A stretch of 64,000 bases of DNA from Truepera sp. (GTDB lineage: Bacteria; Deinococcota; Deinococci; Deinococcales; Trueperaceae), in contig CBDCKW010000009.1 in assembly GCA_965218435.1 (NCBI GenBank), positions 1,792,001-1,856,000 of the forward strand. The letters are read 5' to 3'. The position numbers and the translations under genes are program-made. Below are positions 29,213 to 38,537 of this stretch, in pieces. Numbering within the stretch: position 1 is the first letter of the stretch; each line of letters starts with the position of its first letter. The notes beneath the pieces were generated by a model, which searched no databases, was not told where the DNA came from, and saw nothing but the letters and a program-made list of their open reading frames with translations.

Positions 29213-30121
29213 ATGCTTTCTAAAGTTTCAGTCATTATTCCCGCCTACAACGCGCTGCACTTTTTGCCGCAAACAGTAGAAAGTGCCTTGGCGCAGACGT
29301 GGCAAGATTTTGAACTTTTGATTGTTGATGATGGTAGCTCAGACGGCACGAGAGACTGGGTATTCCAGCAGCACGATAGCCGTATACGAATGGTCCAGAA
29401 GCCGAACGGAGGTCTGGCGGCAGCGCGTAATACTGGAATTAATACGACTCAGGGGGAATATATTGCGTTTTTAGACGCCGACGACCTCTGGGAGCCGACG
29501 AAGCTCGAGCGGCAAGTCGCGTGTTTAGACGCGCGTCCCGAGGTGGGGTTGGTGCATACCGCCATTCGCTATATTGACGAACAAGGGCGTGAGATCAACC
29601 GCGTTTTGGGCGTCCAAGGCGACGGCGCTGTTTGGAAAGAGGTCGTGGTTCATAATCCTGTACGGTGCGGCAGCACACCACTAGTTCGCCGTGAATGTTT
29701 TGAAGTGGTTGGCGTATTCGACCCGACCCTTACGTTTTCCGAAGACTGGGATATGTGGCTTCGGATTGCCTCGAGCTATCACTTTGCGACGATTAACGAG
29801 CCTCTTACCTTGTACCGGCAGCACAACACAAATATGACCAAAGGATACCAGGTCATCATGCCCAACTTAGAAAAGATTATCGAACGCGCGTTTCAAAATG
29901 CGCCAGCCGAGAGTGCCGTACTTAAGCAAGAATCATACGGTCGCGCCTACCTATTTGCTGCTTGGCGAGCATTTTTCGCTCATGATTTCAGTATGGCAAA
30001 AATGTTACAAAAGCAGGCATTTGCGGCCTGGCCCAAATTGCAGTTTGAAAAGAACAGCTTAAACCTGACGCTTAAGTTGGCTAGGGTACGTTTTTTGGAA
30101 CGAAGCACCAAGAGGGACTAA
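29213..30121 (+). CDS. GT2 glycosyltransferase
   Basis: VSVIIPAYN, VDDGSSD, ARNTG, FLDADD, EDWDMWLR. Confidence 0.95.
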   Translation: MLSKVSVIIPAYNALHFLPQTVESALAQTWQDFELLIVDDGSSDGTRDWVFQQHDSRIRMVQKPNGGLAAARNTGINTTQGEYIAFLDADDLWEPTKLERQVACLDARPEVGLVHTAIRYIDEQGREINRVLGVQGDGAVWKEVVVHNPVRCGSTPLVRRECFEVVGVFDPTLTFSEDWDMWLRIASSYHFATINEPLTLYRQHNTNMTKGYQVIMPNLEKIIERAFQNAPAESAVLKQESYGRAYLFAAWRAFFAHDFSMAKMLQKQAFAAWPKLQFEKNSLNLTLKLARVRFLERSTKRD

Positions 30122-30130
30122 GAGGGACTA
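30110..30130. repeat. 10-bp tandem duplication AAGAGGGACT x2 at a gene junction
   Basis: Copies at 30110-30119 and 30120-30129 span the GT2 stop codon and the next RBS. Confidence 0.85.
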
Positions 30131-30134
30131 GACC

Positions 30135-30971
30135 ATGCCGGAACTTTCAGCTGTCATTATGACCAAAAATGAAGCGGACAAGATCGCCCGCTGCATACGC
30201 AGCGTCACCTGGGCCGACGAGGTGCTCGTGATTGACTCGGGGAGCACCGACGCCACTGTAGAGATCGCTACGTCTTTGGGGGCGCGGGTTGTAGAGCAGC
30301 CGTGGCTCGGGTTTTCGGCGCAGCGTAACCGGGGCGCAGCGTTGGCGCACCACGACTGGATTTTTTACGCTGACGCAGATGAGATCGTCTCCTCGGAGCT
30401 AGCGGCTTCGGTAAAGGCGGTGATGGCCGGAACTCCTGACCCTAAAGACGGCTACGCGGTTGATCGCCGCGGCGACTTTTTAGGGGTGCTCTTACCCAAC
30501 GAAGCGAGGCCGAGCAAACGGCGCAACTTTATCCGGCTCTATAACCGGCGCGAGAGTGCCTACGACGAAACGATGTCGGTTCACGAAGAGGTGCGGTTTC
30601 CGGGTCAGGCGGTGCCACTAACCGGGGTACTCTTGCACTGGAACGACCTGAATATGGATGAATACTTCTCACTCTTCAACCGCTACGCGACGCTCGAGGC
30701 TAGGGCTCTAAACGACCAAGCTGCACACGTCCACGCACTTGATATTTTGCTCCGTCCAGTTTTACGATTTTTTTGGAGTTACCTCGCGCGGGGTGGGTGG
30801 CGGCTCGGAACGCGCGGGCTGATTCACGCGCAGCTCAAAGCCAGCAGCGACTTTATGCGCTACGCAAAACTTTGGGAGCTGCAAAACGTTACGCCCACCC
30901 CCGACCCGCCTCTGCCTGCTCGAGCTGCGTCCGTAGACCCGGCACCCCTACAGAGAGAACAGGGTTCGTGA
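30135..30971 (+). CDS. GT2 glycosyltransferase (WaaE/KdtX beta-1,4-glucosyltransferase-like)
   Basis: MTKNEA, IDSGSTD, WLGFSAQRN, DADE, VHE. Confidence 0.9.
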   Translation: MPELSAVIMTKNEADKIARCIRSVTWADEVLVIDSGSTDATVEIATSLGARVVEQPWLGFSAQRNRGAALAHHDWIFYADADEIVSSELAASVKAVMAGTPDPKDGYAVDRRGDFLGVLLPNEARPSKRRNFIRLYNRRESAYDETMSVHEEVRFPGQAVPLTGVLLHWNDLNMDEYFSLFNRYATLEARALNDQAAHVHALDILLRPVLRFFWSYLARGGWRLGTRGLIHAQLKASSDFMRYAKLWELQNVTPTPDPPLPARAASVDPAPLQREQGS

Positions 30972-32422
30972 CCCGCACCCAGCCTCTCGATGGGCTTGCC
31001 TACGCCGCGCTGCTGGCAACTGTCGGGGTCGGCGCAGCCGGTTTCGTCGGGCCACTGGCCCCCGCTGTTCAGTTTGGGTATCCGCTCGTCGCCCTGCTCG
31101 CCGCCGCCCTGCTGCTCTGGCGGCGTCCGGCGCTCTACTTGGGCTTTACCTGGTGGGTCTGGTTTTTAACCCCGGAGGTGCGCCGCTTGGTTGACTTCCG
31201 CGTCGGCTATAGCGAAACGAGCCCGGTGATGCTGACCCCTTTTTTAGTCTCGGGGCTGGCACTCTTTGCAGTGCTCGCTCGGCTTACCAACCTGCCCCGC
31301 GCCGTCCGGTTACCGTTAGCCTTTGTCACGGCTGGTCTACTCTACGCCTACGGTGTAGGCGTCCTTTATAACGGCCTGGTCACCGCGACCTTCGACCTGT
31401 TGACCTGGGGTGTACCCGTGATTGTCGGCGCTTACGTTTTGACGAACGCGCATCTCAGCGCAGCGTTTCGTGAGGTGACGCAGCGTGCGTTTATCTGGGG
31501 ACTGCTCGTGATGGGTCTTTACGCTGTCGTCCAGTATTTTTACCTACCAGCCTGGGACGCTTACTGGATGGATAACGCCGGGCTCGGTTCGATCGGCGCT
31601 TCAGAACCCCTCCAGGTACGCGTCTTTAGCACGCTCAACTCGCCGGGACCTTTTGGGGCGGTGATGATGGCGGGGTTGCTGCTCGTGTTTACCAGGGGTG
31701 GCTTAGTAACCGTGCTGGGCTCAGCGGCGGGTTTTCTCGGCTTCGCCTTGGCCGCTGTTCGTGCGAGCTGGGCGGGCTGGTTAGTCGGGTTTGTCGTCGT
31801 TGCAGCGAGCTTACCCCCGCGGCTTCGTACCCGTCTTTTAGGCACTCTGTTTCTCCTGATACTGGTCGCCTTACCGGTTTTTACCGTCGGGCCGGTGGCC
31901 GACCTGCTCTCGAGGCGGTTACAAAGTTTTACCGACTTAGGGAGTGATGTAAGCTTTAACGAACGTTTAGAGCTCTATACGAGCTTACCGGAATTTACCG
32001 CAGGCAATCCGCTCGGTAGGGGGCTTGGGAGTACCGGCGTAGCGAGCAGCCTTAGCGCCCAAAAAGCAACGTTACAAAATCTGGACAGCGGGATTATCGC
32101 CGTGCTCTACTCGTTTGGTATTTTAGGAACGTTTTACTTTGTCGGCGGGGCCACAGCGATCTTTGGCGCGGTGCTCCGCCGGGGGTTTCGTACAGCTAAC
32201 GTGGGAGACGCGAGTTACGTCGGTATCACGGTGGCGGCAATCTCGCAGCTGGCGTTCGGTAACGCGTGGGGCGGCGTTTCGGGGATGATCTTATGGGTGT
32301 TTCCGTGTTTGTACCTAGCCTCGAGCTATCAGAGCAGCTTGGCACAAAACAGTTCAGTGCAGAGCAGCGCCAGCAGAGTGACCCCGGAACCCTTTGGGGG
32401 CAGCACAGCCCATGACTTATAA
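30968..32422 (+). CDS. O-antigen ligase / Wzy-like polymerase
   Basis: Multi-TM, RVFSTLNSPG, RASW, SFNERL, GRGLG, DSG. GTG overlaps the upstream TGA. Confidence 0.85.
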   Translation: MTRTQPLDGLAYAALLATVGVGAAGFVGPLAPAVQFGYPLVALLAAALLLWRRPALYLGFTWWVWFLTPEVRRLVDFRVGYSETSPVMLTPFLVSGLALFAVLARLTNLPRAVRLPLAFVTAGLLYAYGVGVLYNGLVTATFDLLTWGVPVIVGAYVLTNAHLSAAFREVTQRAFIWGLLVMGLYAVVQYFYLPAWDAYWMDNAGLGSIGASEPLQVRVFSTLNSPGPFGAVMMAGLLLVFTRGGLVTVLGSAAGFLGFALAAVRASWAGWLVGFVVVAASLPPRLRTRLLGTLFLLILVALPVFTVGPVADLLSRRLQSFTDLGSDVSFNERLELYTSLPEFTAGNPLGRGLGSTGVASSLSAQKATLQNLDSGIIAVLYSFGILGTFYFVGGATAIFGAVLRRGFRTANVGDASYVGITVAAISQLAFGNAWGGVSGMILWVFPCLYLASSYQSSLAQNSSVQSSASRVTPEPFGGSTAHDL

Positions 32423-33635
32423 CGGTGCCAGCACACCCTCCGAGCAAGTCCTGAGCGAAGAAGTTCAGGTCATCGAACTAGGTACGGGCTGGTTTGCTGA
32501 AAAACCGGGGGGTCTCGAGCGCGTCTTTTACGGGCTCCTTAAGTATCTCGGGGGGTTCAGGATTGAGGCTCGAGGCTTGGTCGTGGGTTCAGCTGAGATT
32601 CAAACTCTCTCAGGGGGCCAGGTATACAGCTTCGCTCCCGCCAACGCGCCGCTGCCCGTCCGCTGGTTCCGCGTGCGGCGGGCGCTGCGCGACCTGCTTA
32701 CGGAAAAATCTGCCGACCTCATCTCAGCGCATTTTGCGCTCTACGCGTTTCCAGTATTGGACATCATCGGCAAGCTGCCACTCGTCGTTCATTTTCACGG
32801 GTCGTGGGCACTGGAAAGCGAAGTCGAGGCGTCATCTGGCTTCGTCTCGAGGCTTAGTGCGCGGCTCAAATGGCTGGTTGAGAAGCTCGTCTACCGCCGC
32901 GCCGCACGGTTTATCGTCTTGTCGCAGGCGTTTAAGACGGTGTTACACGAAACCTACGGCGTCCCTAAAGAGCGTATTGACGTCATCCCCGGGGGGATTG
33001 ATACGGCGGCTTACGACACCGGCCTCAGTGTGAGGGAAGCCAGGGCCGCGCTCGAGTGGCCCGCAGAGCGCCGGATTCTTTTGACAGTTAGGCGACTCGT
33101 CAAACGGCAGGGACTGGAAAACCTTCTTACCGCTGTGGCCGAGCTGCGCACCAGACACCCGGACGTGCTCCTTTTTATCGGCGGAACCGGCCCCTTGACC
33201 GAGGCGTTAACAGCGCAGATCGAAATGCTGGGACTAGCCGAGCACGTCAAGTTGTTAGGGTTTATCCCTGATGATAAGCTTGCCCTGACCTACGCCGCCG
33301 CCGACCTTTCAGTCGTACCGACGGTGGCGCACGAGGGCTTTGGACTCATTACCGTTGAGTCACTCGCAGCAGGTACGCCGGTGCTTGTCACACCGGTCGG
33401 CGGCTTGCCCGAAGTCGTGGCAGGTCTAGCCCCTGAACTCATCCTCGGGGGCAGTGAGGTGCCTGATCTGGTCTCGGGGCTTGACGGCGCACTCTCCGGC
33501 ACCATGACACTGCCGAGCCGTGAGGAGTGTCAGCAGTACGCGCGAGTGGGGTTTGACTACCGTACGGTTGCCGAACGGACGGCGGCGGTCTACCGAGAGG
33601 TGCAGAAGGCTGCGCACCGTAAACGGCCGCGCTAG
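32412..33635 (+). CDS. GT4 glycosyltransferase
   Basis: GGLER, HFHG, VRRLVKRQG, EGFGLITVES, GGLPE. Confidence 0.93.
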   Translation: MTYNGASTPSEQVLSEEVQVIELGTGWFAEKPGGLERVFYGLLKYLGGFRIEARGLVVGSAEIQTLSGGQVYSFAPANAPLPVRWFRVRRALRDLLTEKSADLISAHFALYAFPVLDIIGKLPLVVHFHGSWALESEVEASSGFVSRLSARLKWLVEKLVYRRAARFIVLSQAFKTVLHETYGVPKERIDVIPGGIDTAAYDTGLSVREARAALEWPAERRILLTVRRLVKRQGLENLLTAVAELRTRHPDVLLFIGGTGPLTEALTAQIEMLGLAEHVKLLGFIPDDKLALTYAAADLSVVPTVAHEGFGLITVESLAAGTPVLVTPVGGLPEVVAGLAPELILGGSEVPDLVSGLDGALSGTMTLPSREECQQYARVGFDYRTVAERTAAVYREVQKAAHRKRPR

Positions 33636-33642
33636 TTGAGTT

Positions 33643-34743
33643 TTACGATTTTTTGAGATTAGCTTCCGCTACCAGCTCTGCCCTTAGAGAGTCTCGAGTG
33701 TCAGACGCGCCGAGTTCTGCCAGGGTTAAAATCCTTACTCTTCCGCCTACTCCGCTGCGGAAGTGCTCGTAGACGTCCTCGACAAAATCGTGGTACCGAA
33801 GCAAATGTTGGGGTTCTAGATAAACCGAGGCGAATTGCAACGTGTCGCCAAACATCGTGACGCAGTTTTGTATCGCCGAGGTGATAAACGAGACGATTTC
33901 CTGGGGCCGCTCCGCCGCTGCACTGAGGACAATCTCGACAGGCAGGCCATAATGCCGCACCTCAAAGCCGAGTGCCTGCTCGAGTTCACGCACATCCTCT
34001 TCCCGCTCACGGCTATGCGGTAAGTACACGAGCGGCTGATCCCCGTAAAAATGTTTGACTTGCTTTAGGTACGCAAAATACGTCTCGTTGGTAACGTAAC
34101 CGTCAAACGTCAAAGGCTGGCCTAAAAACCATACCTCATTTCCTCTAGACGCGTCGGCGATACGTGAGCGGAAATTTTGATAGCGGTTAAGAATCAGCCG
34201 GTCTCCCTCCCAAACGGCAATATCGTAGGCGGAGAAAAAGGTCACGCGCTCGGATATCCGATACCTGATACCTAGTAGAAACATAGATGCTTTTTCTTTT
34301 GCTGACAAAGGGCGAAGCGTGACGAGTCCATTACGCACTTTATTGACGAACAGCGTGTCGGTTCCGTCGTCGAGCAAGTAGAGCGTCCCATGCGGGAGCG
34401 TGTTGGCGATATGGCGCTGAATAGGCTCTTGATAGTGGCCCATAAACAGCCCTTCAGCGTGACCGAAAGACGCCAGCAGATTATCTACCTTTCGCCGCAG
34501 CAACCAGCGCAGGTAAAACCACTGCAGCTTGCCAAACTCTTTAACATCGCCGTTGTTGTTGGCCGAAAGACGATAAACGGCGCTCCACTCGTTTTCTTTA
34601 ATCAGAGGTTCGTAGACAGACATTGGCCAAAAAAGGCTGTTTACACGAACTATGACAAGTACATTGTCAGCTGTGCGCAAAAACTCTTTGGCTTCTACGG
34701 CGTTGATGAGCTGCAGGGGTGAAAACACGAAGAAGACGTTCAT
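33643..34743 (-). CDS. Sialyltransferase-like (nonulosonate transferase) protein
   Basis: SPLQLINAVE start, LDDG, FLGQP, PHSRE (HP-like) and TSA (SS/TS-like) motifs of bacterial GT-B sialyltransferases. Divergent from neuA. Confidence 0.7.
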   Translation of the reverse strand: MNVFFVFSPLQLINAVEAKEFLRTADNVLVIVRVNSLFWPMSVYEPLIKENEWSAVYRLSANNNGDVKEFGKLQWFYLRWLLRRKVDNLLASFGHAEGLFMGHYQEPIQRHIANTLPHGTLYLLDDGTDTLFVNKVRNGLVTLRPLSAKEKASMFLLGIRYRISERVTFFSAYDIAVWEGDRLILNRYQNFRSRIADASRGNEVWFLGQPLTFDGYVTNETYFAYLKQVKHFYGDQPLVYLPHSREREEDVRELEQALGFEVRHYGLPVEIVLSAAAERPQEIVSFITSAIQNCVTMFGDTLQFASVYLEPQHLLRYHDFVEDVYEHFRSGVGGRVRILTLAELGASDTRDSLRAELVAEANLKKS

Positions 34744-35124
34744 GTATACCGTCTAAACGTAGTTTGGCGGCTTGTGACGCTAGGCGCTAGGGCGTAAAAA
34801 AGTTTCCAAAACCCCGGCAATAGGGCTCGAGTCCCTAAATCCGCCGAGCATATCAGCGTCAGTTGCCTAAACATAGCTAAGCGTATCCCTTTTTTACCAA
34901 GCATAACAGCGAAATACCTCACCGGATTCTAACTTTTAGAGGCGCAGCGAAAGTGTTCCGAAACGCTCTACCCCGTTCTGCGCTCGCCTTAAATCGGCAC
35001 TCTGAACCGCCGCGTAGTGAAACTCTACCTAAACGTTTTTGTGTAGATAGAGTAGATTGACCTATGACCCGGCCCATAAAGGCCAACGAACTTGATTTGA
35101 GTCGAGGAGGCTACCGCCAAGCTG

Positions 35125-35886
35125 ATGAATGGCCCTTTTACAACGTCTAAATCAACGTCTATCCCTGAGTCTACAAAGTCAAAGCCGTCCGGCCCAGCCC
35201 CCGGAGCCGTCGCCGTGATTCCTGCTCGGGGCGGGTCTAAACGTATCCCGCGCAAAAATATCCGCGAGTTGGGGAGTCGTCCGCTACTCGCCTATACGGT
35301 TAGCGCCGCGTTGGACAGCAGGCTTTTTGAACGTGTCATCGTCAGTACGGACGACGACGCTATCGCTACGGTGGCCCAGGAACAGGGCGCAGAAGTCTTG
35401 ACACGCGCCGCTGAGCTGAGTGATGACCACACGCCCACGTCGCTGGTCACGCTGGAGGTCGTTGAACAGCTTGAGCTAGAGGACGCGCAGCACGTCGCGC
35501 AGCTGCTACCCAACTGTCCACTACGAACCGACGCCGACGTGCGCTCGAGCTACGCCCAATTTGTGCAAGGCGAATGTGAAGCGCAGCTTTCGGTAACCCG
35601 TTACGGCTGGCTCAACCCGTGGTGGGCGCTGACGATGGACACGCAGGGGCCGACGCACCACCTGAAACCGGTTTTTGAAGCGCAGCTTCGGGCGCGGAGT
35701 CAAGACCTGCCGACGCTCTACTGCCCCACCGGGGCGATCTGGTGGACGACAGCGGCGTCTTTACGGCGTGAAAAGACTTTTTATACCGCGCGGCGTACCG
35801 GCTGGGAACTACCGTGGCAACGCGCGGTAGATATTGACGACGAAGACGACTGGCAGCTCGCCGAGCTCTTGCTGGCACGCTCATGA
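35125..35886 (+). CDS. neuA: Acylneuraminate cytidylyltransferase (NeuA/LegF)
   Basis: IPARGGSKRIPRKN, VSTDD, PLR, DIDDEDD. Confidence 0.92.
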   Translation: MNGPFTTSKSTSIPESTKSKPSGPAPGAVAVIPARGGSKRIPRKNIRELGSRPLLAYTVSAALDSRLFERVIVSTDDDAIATVAQEQGAEVLTRAAELSDDHTPTSLVTLEVVEQLELEDAQHVAQLLPNCPLRTDADVRSSYAQFVQGECEAQLSVTRYGWLNPWWALTMDTQGPTHHLKPVFEAQLRARSQDLPTLYCPTGAIWWTTAASLRREKTFYTARRTGWELPWQRAVDIDDEDDWQLAELLLARS

Positions 35887-35896
35887 AGACGATCCC

Positions 35897-36781
35897 ATGA
35901 AAACCGCGCTTTATACAACTGTTCATCCGGCCTCGAGGCCCTACTTGAACACTTTTCTCTCGAGCGTTACGGCACAGACGGACACCGATTTTGATCTTTG
36001 GCTTGGGATTGACGTAGCGCCTGAGGCGTTAGGAAGCGCCTCAGGTTTATTGGAAAACGCAACCTTCGTCGTCGCCGAACCGGGCGACACCCCCGCGAGC
36101 CTGAGAGGGCGGGCGTGGGCGCAGCTTGTCAACCTTTACGACGCCGTGATCTTCGTAGACAGTGACGACGTGTTGTATCCGGAGCGCGTGGCGGCGGCGA
36201 AAAAACAGCTCGAGGTGAGTGACATGGGCGGCTGTGCGCTGGACTTGATAGCCGAGAACGGTGCACCCCTTGGCGTAACGTTGCAAGCGCCACCAGAGCA
36301 CGACTGGGCCGAGCTGTTGCCACGATGTAACGTGTTCGGCCTGTCAAATACGGCCTACCGCTGTGAAGCGTTGGCCAAAACGCTGCCGCTACCTAAAGAG
36401 GTCGCGGTAGTTGACTGGCTCGTCGTCACACGGGCCTACCTCGCGGGTGCCCGGTTGGGATTTGACACAGCGCCCAGAATGGCCTACCGGCAGTATGAGA
36501 GCAACACCGCCCAGGTTCTCCCGCCGTTTACGCCGGAGGGCATTATGCGGGCGACGGCGCACGTGCTTACGCACCTACAGTACGTGTTGCAAGAGCCCAT
36601 AAGTAAAGAGAGCTTCAAAACAAGCCTCGAGCAACGTTTTGCCGAGGTGCGGAAATTTTCTGAGCGGATACGAGGAGACTTACTTACGACCTACACGCGA
36701 GAACTAAACGCTCGCACGCAGCCCGTTTACCTCTGGTGGGCGTGCGTGGCGCATAAGGAGCTGGCTTATCTATGGAGCTAA
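35897..36781 (+). CDS. GT2-like glycosyltransferase
   Basis: AQTDTDFDL, IFVDSDD (DxD), YRQYESN. Confidence 0.75.
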   Translation: MKTALYTTVHPASRPYLNTFLSSVTAQTDTDFDLWLGIDVAPEALGSASGLLENATFVVAEPGDTPASLRGRAWAQLVNLYDAVIFVDSDDVLYPERVAAAKKQLEVSDMGGCALDLIAENGAPLGVTLQAPPEHDWAELLPRCNVFGLSNTAYRCEALAKTLPLPKEVAVVDWLVVTRAYLAGARLGFDTAPRMAYRQYESNTAQVLPPFTPEGIMRATAHVLTHLQYVLQEPISKESFKTSLEQRFAEVRKFSERIRGDLLTTYTRELNARTQPVYLWWACVAHKELAYLWS

Positions 36782-36782
36782 T

Positions 36783-37835
36783 ATGAACCTACTTAACCTT
36801 TCAGGCCGCCCGGTCGGGCCGGGGCACTCACCTTACATCATCGCTGAAATCGGCGCGAACCATAACGGCGATATGGCGCTCTGCAAGAAGATGATTGACG
36901 AGGCGCAGCGGTGCGGCGCGGACGCCGTCAAGTTTCAGTCGTGGTCGGCAACCTCGCTGATCTCTAAGGCTGAATACGAACGCAACGCCAGCTACAGCGA
37001 CCCGGAACGGCACTTCGGCTCGCTTAAAGAGATGGTCGAACGCTATCAGCTAACGGCGGCGCAGCACCGTGAGGTTGCAGCTTACTGTCAAACCAAAAAG
37101 ATTGACTTCATGTCAACGCCTTTTTCGCCCGAAGAGGTTGACCTGCTGGTTGAACTGGGCGTCCCGGCGCTCAAGGTCGCTTCGATGGACGTGAACCATA
37201 CGGTGCTGCTCGAGCATATCGCCAAAACCGGCAAACCGGTCATCTTGTCAACCGGGATGGCGAGCTTGGCCGAGGTTGCCGAAGCCGTAGGCACCTTAAA
37301 AACCTATAACGCCGGACCGCTGGCGCTGCTGCACTGCATCTCGATTTATCCACCCGACTACGAAGATATCCATCTGCGCAATATCCCCATGTTGCAGGCC
37401 GCGTTTGACGTCCCGGTGGGGTTTAGCGACCACAGCTTCGGCGTGGCGATTCCGCTCGCGGCAGTGGCGCTCGGCGCGTGTATTATCGAAAAGCACTTTA
37501 CGCTAGACAAACAGATGCAGGGTTGGGATCACCTCATCTCGGCTGACCCGCCTGAACTGACGACGATCTGCCGTGAGGCCAAACACATCTTTACGGCGCT
37601 CGGTCACCCTCACCGCACCGTCAGCCCCGACGAGCTGGAAAAACGCAAAAAGTTTCGCCGCTGCATCGTGCTGGCGCGTGATGTAGACGCCGGTCACGTC
37701 CTGAGCGAAGCCGACCTCGACTACAAACGTCCGGGTACCGGTATCTCTCCGAACGCGTATCCTTACGTCGTCGGGCGCAGCGTCGTCAGAGCGCTGGGGA
37801 GCGACCATGAACTCCGCTGGACCGACCTCGCTTAA
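36783..37835 (+). CDS. neuB: Nonulosonate synthase (NeuB/LegI) with C-terminal SAF/antifreeze-like domain
   Basis: IIAEIGANHNG, DAVKFQ, STPF, LSTGM, GFSDH, IEKHFT, KRPGTGI. Confidence 0.95.
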   Translation: MNLLNLSGRPVGPGHSPYIIAEIGANHNGDMALCKKMIDEAQRCGADAVKFQSWSATSLISKAEYERNASYSDPERHFGSLKEMVERYQLTAAQHREVAAYCQTKKIDFMSTPFSPEEVDLLVELGVPALKVASMDVNHTVLLEHIAKTGKPVILSTGMASLAEVAEAVGTLKTYNAGPLALLHCISIYPPDYEDIHLRNIPMLQAAFDVPVGFSDHSFGVAIPLAAVALGACIIEKHFTLDKQMQGWDHLISADPPELTTICREAKHIFTALGHPHRTVSPDELEKRKKFRRCIVLARDVDAGHVLSEADLDYKRPGTGISPNAYPYVVGRSVVRALGSDHELRWTDLA

Positions 37836-37838
37836 GCA

Positions 37839-38492
37839 GTGGGAAAGACCGGCACACCCCTTATCGTGCTGGGCGCAGGCGGACACGCCCGCGTACTGAT
37901 TGACGCACTGCGGTTACAGCAACGCGAACCCATCGGGGTGACCGACCCCGACGCGTCACTTTGGGGCAGCACCGTTTTAGGTGTGCCGGTACTCGGTGAC
38001 GACGACCGGATACAAGGCTTCGCCCCGAACGAGGTCATGTTGGTCAATGCGCTTGGGAGCACCAGGGGCACCGCCTTACGGCAGGCCGTCTGGGAGCGGT
38101 GGTGTGGGCGCGGCTACCGGTTCGTCGGCGTTGTTCATCCTGCCGCCGTCGTCGCGCAGTCTGCGGAGCTCGAGGCCGACGTGCAGGTGTTGGCCGGAAG
38201 CGTCGTCGGGGCCGCAGCTCACATCGGCCACAACAGCATCGTCAACACCGGGGTCATCGTCGAACACGACTGCCGCGTCGGGCAGCACGTCCATCTTGCG
38301 CCCGGCGTCACCTTGTCGGGCAACGTCACGGTTGGGGACGGGAGCCATTTGGGAACGGGGTGCACCGTTATTCAAGACACCAACATCGGTGAGGGATGCG
38401 TCGTGGGCGCGGGCGCGGTGGTGGTGCGCGACTTGGAGCCCTTTACTTTGGCCGTCGGGGTACCTGCGCGGGCCGTTAAGACGTTGAGATAA
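37839..38492 (+). CDS. neuD: NeuD/PglD-family sugar acetyltransferase
   Basis: GAGGHA, EHDC, hexapeptide repeats, GVPAR. Confidence 0.9.
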   Translation: MGKTGTPLIVLGAGGHARVLIDALRLQQREPIGVTDPDASLWGSTVLGVPVLGDDDRIQGFAPNEVMLVNALGSTRGTALRQAVWERWCGRGYRFVGVVHPAAVVAQSAELEADVQVLAGSVVGAAAHIGHNSIVNTGVIVEHDCRVGQHVHLAPGVTLSGNVTVGDGSHLGTGCTVIQDTNIGEGCVVGAGAVVVRDLEPFTLAVGVPARAVKTLR

Positions 38493-38537
38493 CACCTTAG
38501 ATCGTCATACTTTTAGACATAACTCAGGAGAACCTAC

